NCBI RefSeq assembly: GCF_001194135.2
Contig: NC_068985.1
Span: 16,508,684-16,572,683 of the forward strand
Source of the DNA: Octopus bimaculoides
Lineage: Eukaryota
Direction: 5' to 3'
DNA: 64,000 nt
The notes beneath the pieces are model-generated. The model did no database searches. It saw nothing but the letters and a program-made list of their open reading frames with translations, and was not told where the DNA came from. This document shows positions 34,516 to 48,448 of the stretch, piece by piece (the first letter of the stretch is position 1; every line of letters begins with the position of its first letter). Position numbers and translations under genes: made by a program.

Positions 34516-37500
34516 ATGAAAGTAAAAGAGATTGATCGAACTGCAAATGTGGCGTGGTCACCATCGTCACAGCATCCAGTGTACCTGGCAGCTGCAACTG
34601 CTGCACAACAGCTTGATGCAACTTTTAGGTATGTTAATTGATTATTTTTCCTAATATCATTACCCAATTTCAATTTAACTACTGTAGTGAAGCATATATA
34701 TCAAGGCATATTAACTGGACCATCCACCACTTAGTCATCAGTTTAAATTTTTATTCTAGTTAACAGGTATGTTAGTTGCTGGCCAAGGCTACATCATATG
34801 CTAGCCATTATTTTCACAGTTAAGTACACATGTGATCAAGAGACAAATACAAGCAAATATGGAAAGCTAGTAGTAGCAAAATGCTCTAAGTGTTATGATT
34901 TCCATGCTTGCATGAATTTGACAGAATTTGTTAAAAAATATTTCCTATGTCTAGAAGCCCCTCCTGTCACCAACCCTCACCTGTTCCAAGTAAGATGGTA
35001 TTTCTCCATCACCAGGTATGATTTCATGGAAAATTAGAAATGAAGGTCACAGCTTGTATGATGGTGGATATAAAAATGATAATGATATGATGGGCTTCTT
35101 TCAGTTTCCATCCACCATATCCACTCACAAGGCTATGATCAGCCTGAAGTTATAGTAGAAGATATTTTCCTAAGGTGCCATGAAGACTGAACCTGAAACT
35201 ATGTGGTCAAGAAGCAAACTTCTTAACCGCACAACATTTGCTGCACCTAAACATACCCCCCCACACACACATACACATCATCATCATCATCATCATTTCA
35301 ATGTCTGCTTTTCTATGCTTGCATGGCTCATTTAGAATTCTTTGAGTTAGATTTCTAAGGTCAGATGCCTTCCTAGTAAAACAGATGTAGGAACAAATGG
35401 TGTAAAGTGCATCTTGTATTTGTCATACACTTTCCTTTATGTATATGTGTGTGTGTATAATATATACATATGTATGTATGTCTGTATGTCGCTTCCACTT
35501 GGCCAACCACTCTCCCTCTAACATCTCCGTTTTTGGCCTCGCCCTGCACCATGGGTCCACTCCCTNNNNNNNNNNTATCTCACCCCTTCCTACACGCACA
35601 CATACCCACACACAAAAAATACACACACATGTAAGCACACCTACCCCCCAACACAACACACACGCACAACACATATGCATGCACTCACACGCTCAGACTC
35701 GCCCACACACTTATNNNNNNNNNNNNNNNNNNNNNNNNNNNNNNNNNNNNNNNNNNNNNNNNNNNNNNNNNNNNNNNNNNNNNNNNNNNNNNNNNNNNNN
35801 NNNNNNNNNNNNNNGAATAAGAATAAGCTGGGCAAGGTTCAGAGAGCTTCTGCCCCTGCTTGCAACAAAGGGCCTCTCCCTCAGAGCGAAAGGCAAATTA
35901 CATGATGCCTGTGTGTGAACAACTATGCTGCATGGCAGTGAAACATGAGCCATGACAGCCAAGGACATGCATAGGCTTGAGAGAAATGAAGCCAATATGC
36001 TTTGCTGGATGTGCATTGTCGGTGTGCATGTCTACCTGCTGGAAATAAGTCAAAACTTATTTAAATCGGCAATATACACTGATAATAACAACAGGAATCA
36101 ACCGTCTAAAGGCAAACAGGCTAAGACAAACTCTCAATGTACATTTAAGTATTTGGACTCACGTGGACTGGCTTCTGCACCGGCAAAAATAGCCTCAGCT
36201 TGCAAGACTGGAGTGCCCAGTTGACTGGTAGGAGATAGAGTGGTTGTTTTAAGCAAGGTGTCGAGAGGTTAAAGTATGATATGGAGAGCAGGAACAGGTC
36301 TACTGTTTGTGGAGGACTTTCATGGCAACCTTGCATTTTACATGGATAGATAGAGGAGGCTGGAGTAGAGCTAAGAGCTTACAAAACATAGAGAAGAGAA
36401 GGTGCTGGAACATCCCCTCACGGTAACATACCCATAAGATGTATAAAAGGGTGTGAATATAGAAAAATCAAGGAGAGTGTTGGGTAAGGTTGTAAAAGTA
36501 TTGAAGGAGAGTGATGTTAATATATACATGGGGTGAAGTGGGATAGACATATATCGGGGAGGAATGTAGTGAATGGGGAACAGAGGTGGGATGGTAAATA
36601 CGAGTAGGAGATGATAACATTGAAGGGTGGATGATGATTAGGGATAGCACAGAGAGTGGTGACGAGCAGTATAGAGTGTGTGATATGGTGTGGTTTATAG
36701 TAAAAGGTTCTGCTTTCATTTCTTAGAGCAGTAGAATAACACAGTTGATTGGAGTGTGATGGAGAGACATGTGATATGTATGATGAAGGTAGGATTAAAA
36801 GTGGGAAGAGAGTTAGAAATGGATAGCAGGCGGGGTGGGGTATAGATGATAAGAATGAGGAATGGATGTCAATAGGAAGTGGGTCAGGGATATATGTACA
36901 TACTCTTTTACTTGTTTCAGTCATTTGATTGTGGCCATGCTGGAGCACCGCCATTTAGTCCAGCAAATCGACCCCAGGACTTATTCTTTGTAAGCCTAGT
37001 ACTTATTCTATCGATCCCTTTTGCCGAACCGCTAAGTTACGGGGACGTAAACACACCAGCATTGGTTGTCAAGCGATGTTGGGGGGACAAACACACACAC
37101 ACATACATACATACATATATATATATGACGAGCTTCTTTCAGTTTTCATTTACCAAATCCACTCACAAGGCTTTGGTTGGCCCGAGGCTATAGCAGAAGA
37201 CACTTGCCCAACGTGCCACGCAGTGGGACTGAACCTGGAACCATGTGGTTGGTAAGCAAGCTACTTACCACACAGCCACTCCTGCGCCTATACATACATA
37301 GATAGTAGAAAACTCTTGCCCAAGTTGCCACGCAATGGAACTGAACCCAAATCCATGTGGTTAGGAATCAAACTTCTTAACAACACTTTCATGCTATCCA
37401 TAGCCACTGAAGTTCCTTGGTAAAGAAATAAATGTTTGCATACATTGTCTTTTGTTTCAGTGCATCAGTTACAGATTTCATCATTCGTTGTATATTTAGT

Positions 37501-40500
37501 TATAGCATGTGGTCTTGAATGCTGCAGTTTAAAACTCTTGGTGCATTTTATTATTTGGTATGTTTGATGTGTTTGCATTGTTCTGTGTTGCACTACTAGA
37601 TGCAATATAGAGGATATATGTCTACACGTATCTATCCACTACAAATGTATGGAGACACTGGCCATGTCTCCCACAGGATACAAGTTAAACTGTCTAGTCT
37701 CTTCCCATCTACTGAAGGCACAGTTTGATAAACAACAGCTCATGTTTTGAACCAGCCTCTATAAAATCCAATCTTTTGAATGAACTCATAATCATTCTGG
37801 TATATTCCAGTACAGTGTTTTGTATCTTAATATTTATAATAACAATTACATCATACAGCAATAAGTATAGCTATTTAAAATGTAAAATATACTATCATAG
37901 ACAGAATTCCATTGCATGTTTAACCATGTGTCATTTAAAATGGCCTTATCTGGCCTGAATATTCTACCTCTTCTACATTCAAACCAGCCAGATCCAGCCT
38001 CTTACACATACCCTACAATGTCATTCTAAAAATAACAATCATATCATCAAACTCTTGAAGCTACAAGATAATGCATAATAAATTCAAAACAATGTGAATT
38101 ATAGTTGACAGTGTAATCTGAGTGCTACAGGATTAATAATCTGCGTGTACGGGAATTGTCAAATGACCGACAAAATATTTTGACATTTTATAGCATTTAG
38201 TACTATCATAAAGTACAACAAATTTGAATATATCAGTGTGTATGTGTGTTTTAAATGGCTATCATGACAGTCTTACAACAATATAATTGTTTCACTTTCA
38301 ACACAATCTAATCTCAGATCAATTCACTTGACAAACCAGTACAATTGTGAAATTAAAACCTTCTTCTTTTAAATTTCAGTACATCAGCTGCTCTTGAAAT
38401 ATATAAACTGAACTTGGCAGAAAATGACTTGCAAATGCCAATGGTTGGATCAGTACCTTCAGAACACAGGTATAGTGTAATTTTTATGCATCTCAGTAAC
38501 AGGTTTTCACTGTGTGAATGTCTCTGTATACCCTTATTTCACTAATTATTAACCTCCTCGTGTAACCTTTGTTCATCAGTGTTGGTTCTTCTTGTAGTTT
38601 ATGTACTGCATTAGTGTTCCTTTATATTGTTTCTGTGCTATAACAATATCTTCTGATTATTCATTTGTGTTGCTTTATTATCTCCTCATGTAATATATGA
38701 ATATGTATAAATACTATATTGGGTCTTCCTATGTAGTGATATATTGCATTAGTATCTCCATATTTATAATTTATTATAACAATGAATGATCTCTGCAAAA
38801 ATTTCATTTCCTAATGTATTACTAAACATTATTAGACATAAGCACCAATTTGAGATGTGCTCCATGAGTCATCAGTAACACAGCCAACTAGTAAGCATAT
38901 AGCTGTAAAATTCAAGATCTATCAGTGGGCCTGTTGTTATTTATTTGTCTCAAATTGGTGCTCATGATATCTAATACTATTTACATGAAAATCTCATCAG
39001 TTAAGTCATAATTAATGATAAACATTTTGCATTTCCTTATATAAAAAAATGGAGAAGTTTTTATCTATCTGTTATTGCTGCCAATTCATTTCTTCTCCAT
39101 CACTGAGGTTTAATTATGTTTTAAAATAACATACATTATGTAATTATTGTTTAACTAAAAAGTATGGAAGGAATTTCAACCATGTTTCATGGTCTGCTAC
39201 CACAACAGCTCCTTTATAGGATCCAGTTAGCTCAAGACATCATCAGGAGGAACCACGTCCAGTTTCGGCCCCTACTCCTCTACTGTTTTGACGTGGTGGG
39301 GCCCCCACTTTCGGAGGTGTCTTCAGCTCTGGTGTTGGGTGCATGTCTTCTTTCTTCTATTCCCTGGCCTCTTCGATGCAGGATCAACGAGTGTCAGCGT
39401 CCGACTGACTGTCTTGTCAAATTCCCCTTTTTATACCTGCTGCTAGGCTCTAGCAGGCTGCCCCAGCAAGTTGTCACGTGACACTGTCTANNNNNNNNNN
39501 NNNNNNNNNNNNNNNNNNNNNNNNNNNNNNNNNNNNNNNNNNNNNNNNNNNNNNNNNNNNNNNNNNNNNNNNNNNNNNNNNNNNNNNNNNNNNNNNNNNN
39601 NNNNNNNNNNNNNNNNNNNNNNNNNNNNNNNNNNNNNNNNNNNNNNNNNNNNNNNNNNNNNNNNNNNNNNNNNNNNNNNNNNNNNNNNNNNNNNNNNNNN
39701 NNNNNNNNNNNNNNNNNNNNNNNNNNNNNNTTAACTGACAATGGAGGGCGCGTAATCTTAGCCCATGCATGCTCTAACTGAGACTGTCACCTGTCAACCA
39801 GTGAAGCCACTTCAGTGTCAGCCTGTCTCACCTAATGATGTTATTTTCCTGCCGGCATGTTATGACTTTCAAGCCATATTTGGTCTTCCCGCTTCAGCCA
39901 TATATAGAAGCTGGCTTTTTCGACTGCCTCCTGTATCCTCCTTATCAGTTTTCTCAGTTCTGAGCTTGAAAACGCAAATCTTCTTTTGAATAGCGTTGTC
40001 ATTTTTCTTTCAATGAAGTTTATTAGGGTCACAAATTACTCTATGTAACATATTTGTTGATAAACATCTCACAGAAGTCTAATTTTATATTTTTATATTT
40101 TTAGGTTTTACAAAATTCTTTGGGGTTCCCATGGCATCGCAAACAGCACTTGCCCATCTGGTATAATTATTGCTGGTTCTGAAACTGGCAGTGTCTTAGG
40201 TTATAATGCTGCCTCACTCATTTCAGGCGAGGAAGTTACTCCTATTTTTAAACAAGACAAACACACTGGATCTGTTAAAGCATTGGATTTTAATATTTTT
40301 CAGGTAATTCTTTACACTTGCATTTACCCAGAAAAATAAAATAGCTTCGTTATTTAATTTTAGGTGTTCGTTACTTTTTTTTTTCCAAGAGTGTATGCAT
40401 GTGTGAAAGTCTGTGCATTTGTGTAATTGTGAATAAGTGAGATGGGAAGATGAGGTATAGTATTGTTGTCCTTGACAGTGGAGGCAATGTGAGGCAGTGG

Positions 40501-43099
40501 ATGCTGGTATCGTGTAACTAGCACTCATGCCAGTGGCATGTAATGAGCACATTTTGAGCATTGGGCCTCGTGGAAGTAATGACAAATGATTGAAACCTTT
40601 GGCAATATGCTGTGCTTGAGAAGAAAACCCATCAAGCCAAGTAAAGTCATAGTTGTGCGGATACTGGTGTTGCACAACTGGCACCCATGCCAGTGGCATG
40701 TGAAACACCCATTACACTCTCAGAGTGGTTGGCATTTGGGAAGGCAGCCAGTTGTAGAAAGCATGCCAAATCAGACTGGAGTTTGGTGCAGCCTCTTAGC
40801 TTACCAGCCCTGGTCAAACCGTCCAACCCATGCCAGCATGGACAATGGACATTAAATGATGATGATACACAAATCTATTCCAATTTACAAATGGTAAACA
40901 TAATACAAATCTTCCTAGAAATGTTATCTCTATTTATGTGCCTAGATTTGCAAGTTTTTGCAGCCCAGTAGACTAAAGAAGAAAGATAAGAATTAATTTT
41001 ATCTTGTGCACATAGTCACTTGTTTCTCTGATTAAAATATTGAATTACTAGCCACAAAATAAGAATTTGAAACCCTATTATAGGTGCAGGTGTAACTGTG
41101 TGGTTAAGATGTTTACTTCCCAATCACATAGTTCTGGGTTCAGTCCCACTATGTGGCATCTTGCGCATGTATCTTCAACTATAGCTTTGGGCTAATCTAA
41201 GCATTGTGAGCGGATTTGGGAGATAGGAACTGATAGAAGCCCATTGTGTGAGTGTTTATATGTTTGTGTCTCTTTGTCTTGATATCAGATATTTGTAAAC
41301 GAGTCATTATCATAACAAGCAATGTCATTCATTTTCAATATTCTCAGAGAATATGTCTGGTCACGGGGAAATATTACCTTGCTTGAAAACAAGTGGGGGG
41401 TTGGCTATAGGAAAGGCATCTGGCCATAGAAAATCTGTGTTAGTAAACTACATCTGACCCATGCAAACATGGCAAAGTGGACTTTAAAAATGAAGATGAT
41501 TATGTTTATTGTGATTTTGTTGTTTCAGAAAAGACGATTCTTACTTCAGTTTACATTTTTTAAAATGTGTGACACTCCCAACTTGCCGTTTGTATGCATA
41601 AAATGATTGAAGTATTTTCCTAACACTTGTATTTCTTTTATTTCTATTTTAGCCAAATTTATTAGCGTCTGGCGCTTGTGATTCAGAAATTTACATTTGG
41701 GATTTAAATAAACCTGACACTCCAATGACTCCTGGTTCAAAATCAATGGTGAGTGAATATCAATAAGTTTGATATAATGTAATTATTTTGTCATGTAATC
41801 ACTTCTTATCTGAATTTCATCAACAACTCTTGGGCATTCAGATTAGTCTGTCAAATGTAATATTTATGTATTGACACTGTTTTGAATTACTCATGCATTA
41901 CCTTGAAGCTTTCAATGATGTGACTTTAATTTTAGAATAACATTGTTGGGTAGGTGTGAGAGACCAGATCTGGCTAGTCTGAACATAAAACAGGTAGAAT
42001 ATTTTGGCAGGTTTAAATGTTAAAGGGTCAAAGTATTGTTATTGTGGTACTATAAACAACTGCATCATCATATTGCCATTACAACTGGTCACAGTGTCAC
42101 CATCTATTGGTATATGACTATATCACCACTAGCATTGGTGGTATCATCACCACTAGTGCATAACAGTCATCAAATAGCACCATCACTTCTGGTGATGGTG
42201 ATACTATTAAACTCTGGTGTGCAATAATCTCATCTCCACTGCATGTTTCCTTGTGTTGTGAGGCTGGATCTATACCTGTAAGGTATATCTCCAAGGCACT
42301 GGTTTGGGCAACTTTTTATATGAAAGACCTGCTGTTGTCCATTCATGCAACTCTCTCTTCTCCGCTCTAATGTTGTCCCTGAGAAAAGCAAAGGCCACAA
42401 CATCTGTAGTGCCAGTGTTGCCACAGATGCAAAGAGCCAGAACAAATACTGCAAAACATCTTAGCACTCTTGCAAGCATGGCTGTGGAATCAAAACAAAA
42501 GACTCCGACTCCTCTACTACTGGCACCTCCAACTGTGACTCCTCTTTATGTAATTAATTGTGGTCTACATATCTCATAAAGCCGATCCATATGCTTGTAC
42601 TTTGAGTAGGCCTACATGTTATAAGTGGTTTATATTAAAGAATAAAGACATTGTGAGTCGGAATCAGAGTTAGTATAGTTTTACCAACTCTGATTCCCCC
42701 TTAATTGTTTCCGACTCCGACTCCAAAGCCCTGCTAGCAAGTCTACCAATTCACTAGACTGGTACTTTATCAACCCTTAAAATGGATGAAATGAAAAGCT
42801 GATCTTGTGGATTTGAACCCGGAGCTGAGTGTTGAAACAAATACTGCAAATGATTCAATACTAATTATTGCCAGAATATAATCTTACCTAAATCATTATA
42901 TCATCCTTTAGATCTCCTTTTCCTTTAAATTCTGCACATATAGCATCATGATATTATCTAAGATATTGTTTTTGCCACTGATGGGTTTTATCTAGTGTTT
43001 TAACTGTTATTTCTGAGGACAAAACAACTCTGCCCCCTTTGAGCTTCACTTAATCACACTGAAGCTGTTCAAATTTTTTGCTCCCCCCACACACTCTCA

Positions 43100-43158
<59 letters not shown>

Positions 43159-45330
43159 NNNNNNNNNNNNNNNNNNNNNNNNNNNNNNNNNNNNNNNNNN
43201 NNNNNNNNNNNNNNNNNNNNNNNNNNNNNNNNNNNNNNNNNNNNNCTCTCTCTCTCTCTCTCTCTCTCTCACACATATATACGTGTGTGTGAGCATGTAT
43301 TACGGTTTTACAGTTGGTATATTATTTTGTTTCATGATTGTTTTAGCCTCCTGAAGAAGTGACTTGTATTGCTTGGAACTGTCAAGTTCAACATATCCTG
43401 GCTTCTACATTCTCAGCTAGATGTGTTGTCTGGGATCTACGGAAGAATGAGCCTATTATTAAAATTAGTGACAGTATGTCTGGGGTAAGTGATTTTATTC
43501 TTCAACATTAATTTAAATATAACAAATATGTGAACTTTTTTTCCTCTTCCCTCTGATACTGTCTAAGAATTTGTTTCATGATGCCAGTGCTGCCTAACTG
43601 GCACCTGTGCCAGTGGCACACAAAAAAGCATCATTCAAGTAAATAAATAGTAAAGCTTATATTTGGCCTTTTTTTTTTCTTCAAAAAGGAAACATTTATA
43701 AGAAGTGATTATTTAAAACATTTTGTCTAGTGCTCAGTTAAATCTCTTTCTTATATACACCATGATAGATTCCAGTGGTAAACTTGAATTCAGATCTATA
43801 ATTTGAGAGTCTAATGTGATAACCACTTAATAATTTTGTTTCTACTGTAAAGATGTTGATAATTATTTGAAAAGAAACGTTTTATCCTCTAACATGATTT
43901 TTAAATGAATAATGTTTAAATTAAATTAAATTTGAATAATGTTTAAATTAAATAAGTATTCAAGATGTTTATTTAATTTCAGATTAAAAGTAGATTAACG
44001 GCCTGGAGTCCGGATGTAGCAACTCAACTTTGTTTATCTTCTGAAGATGATCACACACCAGTCATACAACTGTGGGATTTACGTTACGCAACGTCACCTT
44101 TACGCACATTTGAGAAACACCAAAGGTTTGTATAGTTCAGCAAACAGGCAAAATATGGAGCTGAGTTTCTTTAAAAATACTGGGAAGCTCCTTTCTTGCA
44201 AATGATTAAATATGGTTGTGTTGATGGAAAATTCTTGCAAATATCTTGGATTTATATCTAGTTTCTGTATGTGAGAATTCTATGATACTTACTTTTTTTA
44301 ATTTTTCATATTTCCAACAAAAAAAAAAAAAACTCTGCCAATCTTTATTAATGTAATGCTTTTTTTTTATTTTCCCTGATTAAATGCCCTTCCTATCCCC
44401 AATCGTTTTATGCCATATAGTGGGTTCATTTTATTAGCACCCACTGTATGGCACTGTCAAGATTAAAGAGTCCCTTCCATCCTGTATCAGTCTTATATTC
44501 AGAGTTACTTCTCTAAATAAATTGCCTTTGTGTGACCTGCAGAGTCTACATCTTTTCTGTGTGATTTGTTTGGAAACTCAACGTTTTATTTGGGTCACCT
44601 ATACTATAACGGAGAATCTTGTGTCTCCATTTGTTGGGAGGAGGTTTGACTACTAATTGAAGGTCAGTGCCCCCTGACTGGCTCCTGTGCCAGTGGCACA
44701 TAAAAAGCACCATCCAAACGTGGTTGATGCTAGTGCCCCCTGACTGGTTCCCATGCTGGTGGCATGTAAAAAGCACCGTCTGAACATGATTGATACCAGT
44801 GCCTCCTGACTTGCTCTTGTGCCAGTGACATATAAAAAGCACCATCCAAATGTGGTCAATGCCAGTGCCCCATGACGAGCTCCCATGCCGGTGGCATGTA
44901 AAAGCACCCACTACACTCTCAGAGTGATTGGGATTAGGAAGGGCACCCAGCTGTAGAAACATTACCTGATCAGATTGGAGCCTGGTGCGACCTGCTGGTT
45001 TGCCAGACCTCAGTCAAACCCATGCCAGCATGGAAAGCGGACGTTAAACGATGATGATGATGATGAACTCAAGTTGTCTCTATGAAATCAGAGGGAAGAG
45101 TTAGTTCAAAAAAGTGGGTGAAGAAGTATTTGATGGTAGCATAATGTAGCTGTGACTTCAGCTTCCTAGATGGGTCGCCTTCACTATGGCTGAGAAATCA
45201 CATCTTGCCATGATGTAGGTTACTTACTAAGGAGGTTTACAGTAGTTGCCTGATGGGGTATGACATGTTTTGGCATTGCTGAGTTGACGTCAGACATTTT
45301 ATTGTTTTCCTCATTTTTCTCTCTCTCTCT

Positions 45331-45364
<34 letters not shown>

Positions 45365-45586
45365 ACACTCTCTGAGTGGTTGGCGTTAGGAAGGGCATCC
45401 AGCTGTAGAAACTCTGCCAAATTAGATTGGAGCCTGGTGTAGCCATCTGGTTGCACCAGTCCTCAGTCAAATCGTCCAACCCATGCTAGCATGGAAAGCG
45501 GACGTTAAACGATGATGATGATGATGATGATGTATATATATATTTACATGTGAGAGCATTTATTTATGTTTGTGTATGTATAATGG

Positions 45587-45634
<48 letters not shown>

Positions 45635-46538
45635 CTTTGTATATATTTGTGTATTTGCTGCTAGTGACAGAACATACTTTTGCCAAAATAGTTTGAATGT
45701 CTTGTCAGCCGGGCAGCTAGGAATGTTGAGGGCACTCTGCTACTAGGGCTTGTTGTAATGAATGGTTGGTGGGGGTCATCTTAAGGATATAAGGGAATAG
45801 AAAGGTAAAGTCAACACCAGCAAAATTTGAATTCATAACATGAAGAGGTACTTCTAAATCCTGCTGCACAGCATTTATTATAGCACTTTACTCATTCAGT
45901 GTTCAACTAACCTACATAAATATTAAAAGTATTTTTTGGCAAATTTGATATTAGCTTTATTGTTACATAAGTAGTTAACTTGAGAGCAATCAGTTTATGG
46001 TAACATATGTTATTAATAAGAATACATTATATAAAGCTGTACAAACTCAATGAAATGTCCTTGCAATTTATTTCATTAAATTGGTTTTTATAGATGAATT
46101 AAACATTTCGAAAATGAACAGTTTAATTGGAAAAAAAAATGAAACTTTCAGTCAATTTAAATTTGAATATTAGTTTCTGCTCCACTTTTTAAAAAAATAT
46201 AATATTTTCATTTGGGTTTGAATTCCAATTTCAGTTTCATAAGTGCTTGGCTTATGAAAACACTTTTGACCAATTTGATAATTTATATTTTATGCTCAAC
46301 TGTTAGATTATTTAAACTCATTTTGTGTAGACAAATGGATAAGTACTTTAATGTTAACTTTCTTTCTGTATAGTTTATAGTGCACTATAATTTACTCAGA
46401 TATTTTCAGCTCAGAAATATGACATAAGATTATATTTGTAATAATAATCTTGTTACAACATTCGTGTGATTGAGAGCTACCCATTAAACAACCTTAACTA
46501 TGGATTGAAATCAACACAATAAAGCAAATTCAAATGTT

Positions 46539-46578
<40 letters not shown>

Positions 46579-47502
46579 GTTTCCACCTAGGTTGACTTTG
46601 CCTTTCATCCTTTCAAATTCAATAAAGTACCAGGGTTGATGTAATCGACTAGTGCCTCCTTATCACAAATTTCAGGCATTGTGCTTATAGTAGAAAGAAT
46701 TATTAATATCATTAGTACATAATATATATATTATTCATAAATTGTTTTGCTTAATTAATAAAATGTTTAATTTTTATTTCAGAGGAATTTTAAGTTTAGC
46801 ATGGTGTCCTCAGGATCCAGATTTGCTGCTTAGTTGTGGAAAAGACAACAAAATCCTGTGTTGGAATCCCAATTCTACAATTCAAGGTGGAGAAGTAAGT
46901 ATTTCTTTATTTATAAACAATGAATATAACACTGTGCATACACTGAGATGTATCATATAATTATTTCTACTCTAGGCACAAGGCCCTGAAAATTTGGGGA
47001 AGGGGACTAGTCAATACATCGACCCCAGTGTTTCACTGGTACTTAATTTATCAACCCCAAAAGAATGAAAGGCAAAGTTGACCTCAGTGGAATTTGAACA
47101 TAAAGGCAGACAAAATACTGCTAAGCATTTTACCTGGTGTGGTAACGATTCTGCCAGCTCGCCACCTTAGNNNNNNNNNNAAATTTATTATGAAATAGAT
47201 AAATAATATCATTTCTTAAATAATGAATTGTCTTAATAGCATTTTGTCATAAAGCTATTCAAATTTCACAGTTTGCCAAAAATTTTTTTTTTTTCCAGTA
47301 GTTATTTTTTAGTAAATAGAAACCTCTGTAAAACATGTATACGTCTTTATTTAACAATAGCCAATATAAATGTTGGTTGGTTAGTTGCTTGATTTCTCCA
47401 GTCATGCTTTAGAAAGAAGGAGAAAGAGATACAGAGAGAGCTAACATAAGAGGTGCAGAATGAGTGCACATACAAGACTTGATCACAGGCAATGAGTAAA
47501 GG

Positions 47503-47535
<33 letters not shown>

Positions 47536-48416
47536 TCGTAGTGACAAAGGAGGAGAGGAGGTAGTAAGTGCAAGATTTGTTGTTGGAGAAGTTAAACAAA
47601 TGTAAAATTTGTTATATTTCATTTTTATGTAAGGTGATAAATATTTTTCATTTGAAAATTAGTATTCATTTCAGCATTTTGTATAAGCACCAAGAAATTT
47701 GTTCAAGTTAAATTATATGTATACCATAATTCCTGATATTGCCCTTTGTAGCAAAAGTATACTTCCAAAGTTACTTGGCATCTGATGGCTAACACTCTAG
47801 TTTAAAATAATGGCTTTTACATCAGTGATTGGAGATATTAAACACTCTGCCACTAATTTCTCAATATCATTTGCAATGATGCAGTCTTTATTTTTGAGTT
47901 TTAGCATGTCATCATCATCATCATCATCATTTAACGTCTGTTTTCCATGCTGGCATGGGTTGGATGGTTTAACAGGAGCTGGTAAACTAGAGGGCTGCAC
48001 CAGGTTCCACTCATCTGTTTTGGCTTAGTTTCTACGGTTAGATGCCCTTCCTAATGCCAACCACCTTACAGAGTGTACTGGGTGCTTTTTACATGACAGA
48101 GTAGGGGGCTCCAAAAGGGGTCTCAGGGAGTAGCGTCCCTGCCTTCTTGAGCTAGTTTTACACCACATTTCTTAAAAATTGTGGTAGAGGCCTTGGTCTC
48201 ATGACCACTCACATCTAGAAACTGAGGTTGGAGGGTAAGCAAGGACATGCTCTCCGTAGAAAATCCAGCTCCAAAAAAGCCTCATGATAGCAAAGGAGAA
48301 TGGGCACCAGCCCGCACAAAGGTTGAGGTGGGCTGCACCTGCCTACCTCAGTTGCTATGGCATTGAGGTAGATCCAGCCACCCCTGTTAACGGGGACAAA
48401 CCCTGGATTTAAAACA

Positions 48417-48448
<32 letters not shown>

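Noticed and set aside
36360-36900. Possible decayed LINE endonuclease region (also 31020-31560)
   Set aside because: Only vague compositional resemblance; no motif I could read with confidence.
36879-37193. Recurrent ORFs such as [15 protein letters not shown] and [16 protein letters not shown]
   Set aside because: Translations of SINE families A and C, repeated at several loci.
44666-44910. 66-bp tandem arrays (also 60660-61040) as CRISPR-like
   Set aside because: The whole unit is repeated with no unique spacers, it sits in a eukaryotic intron and there are no cas genes; it is a VNTR within a retroposon.
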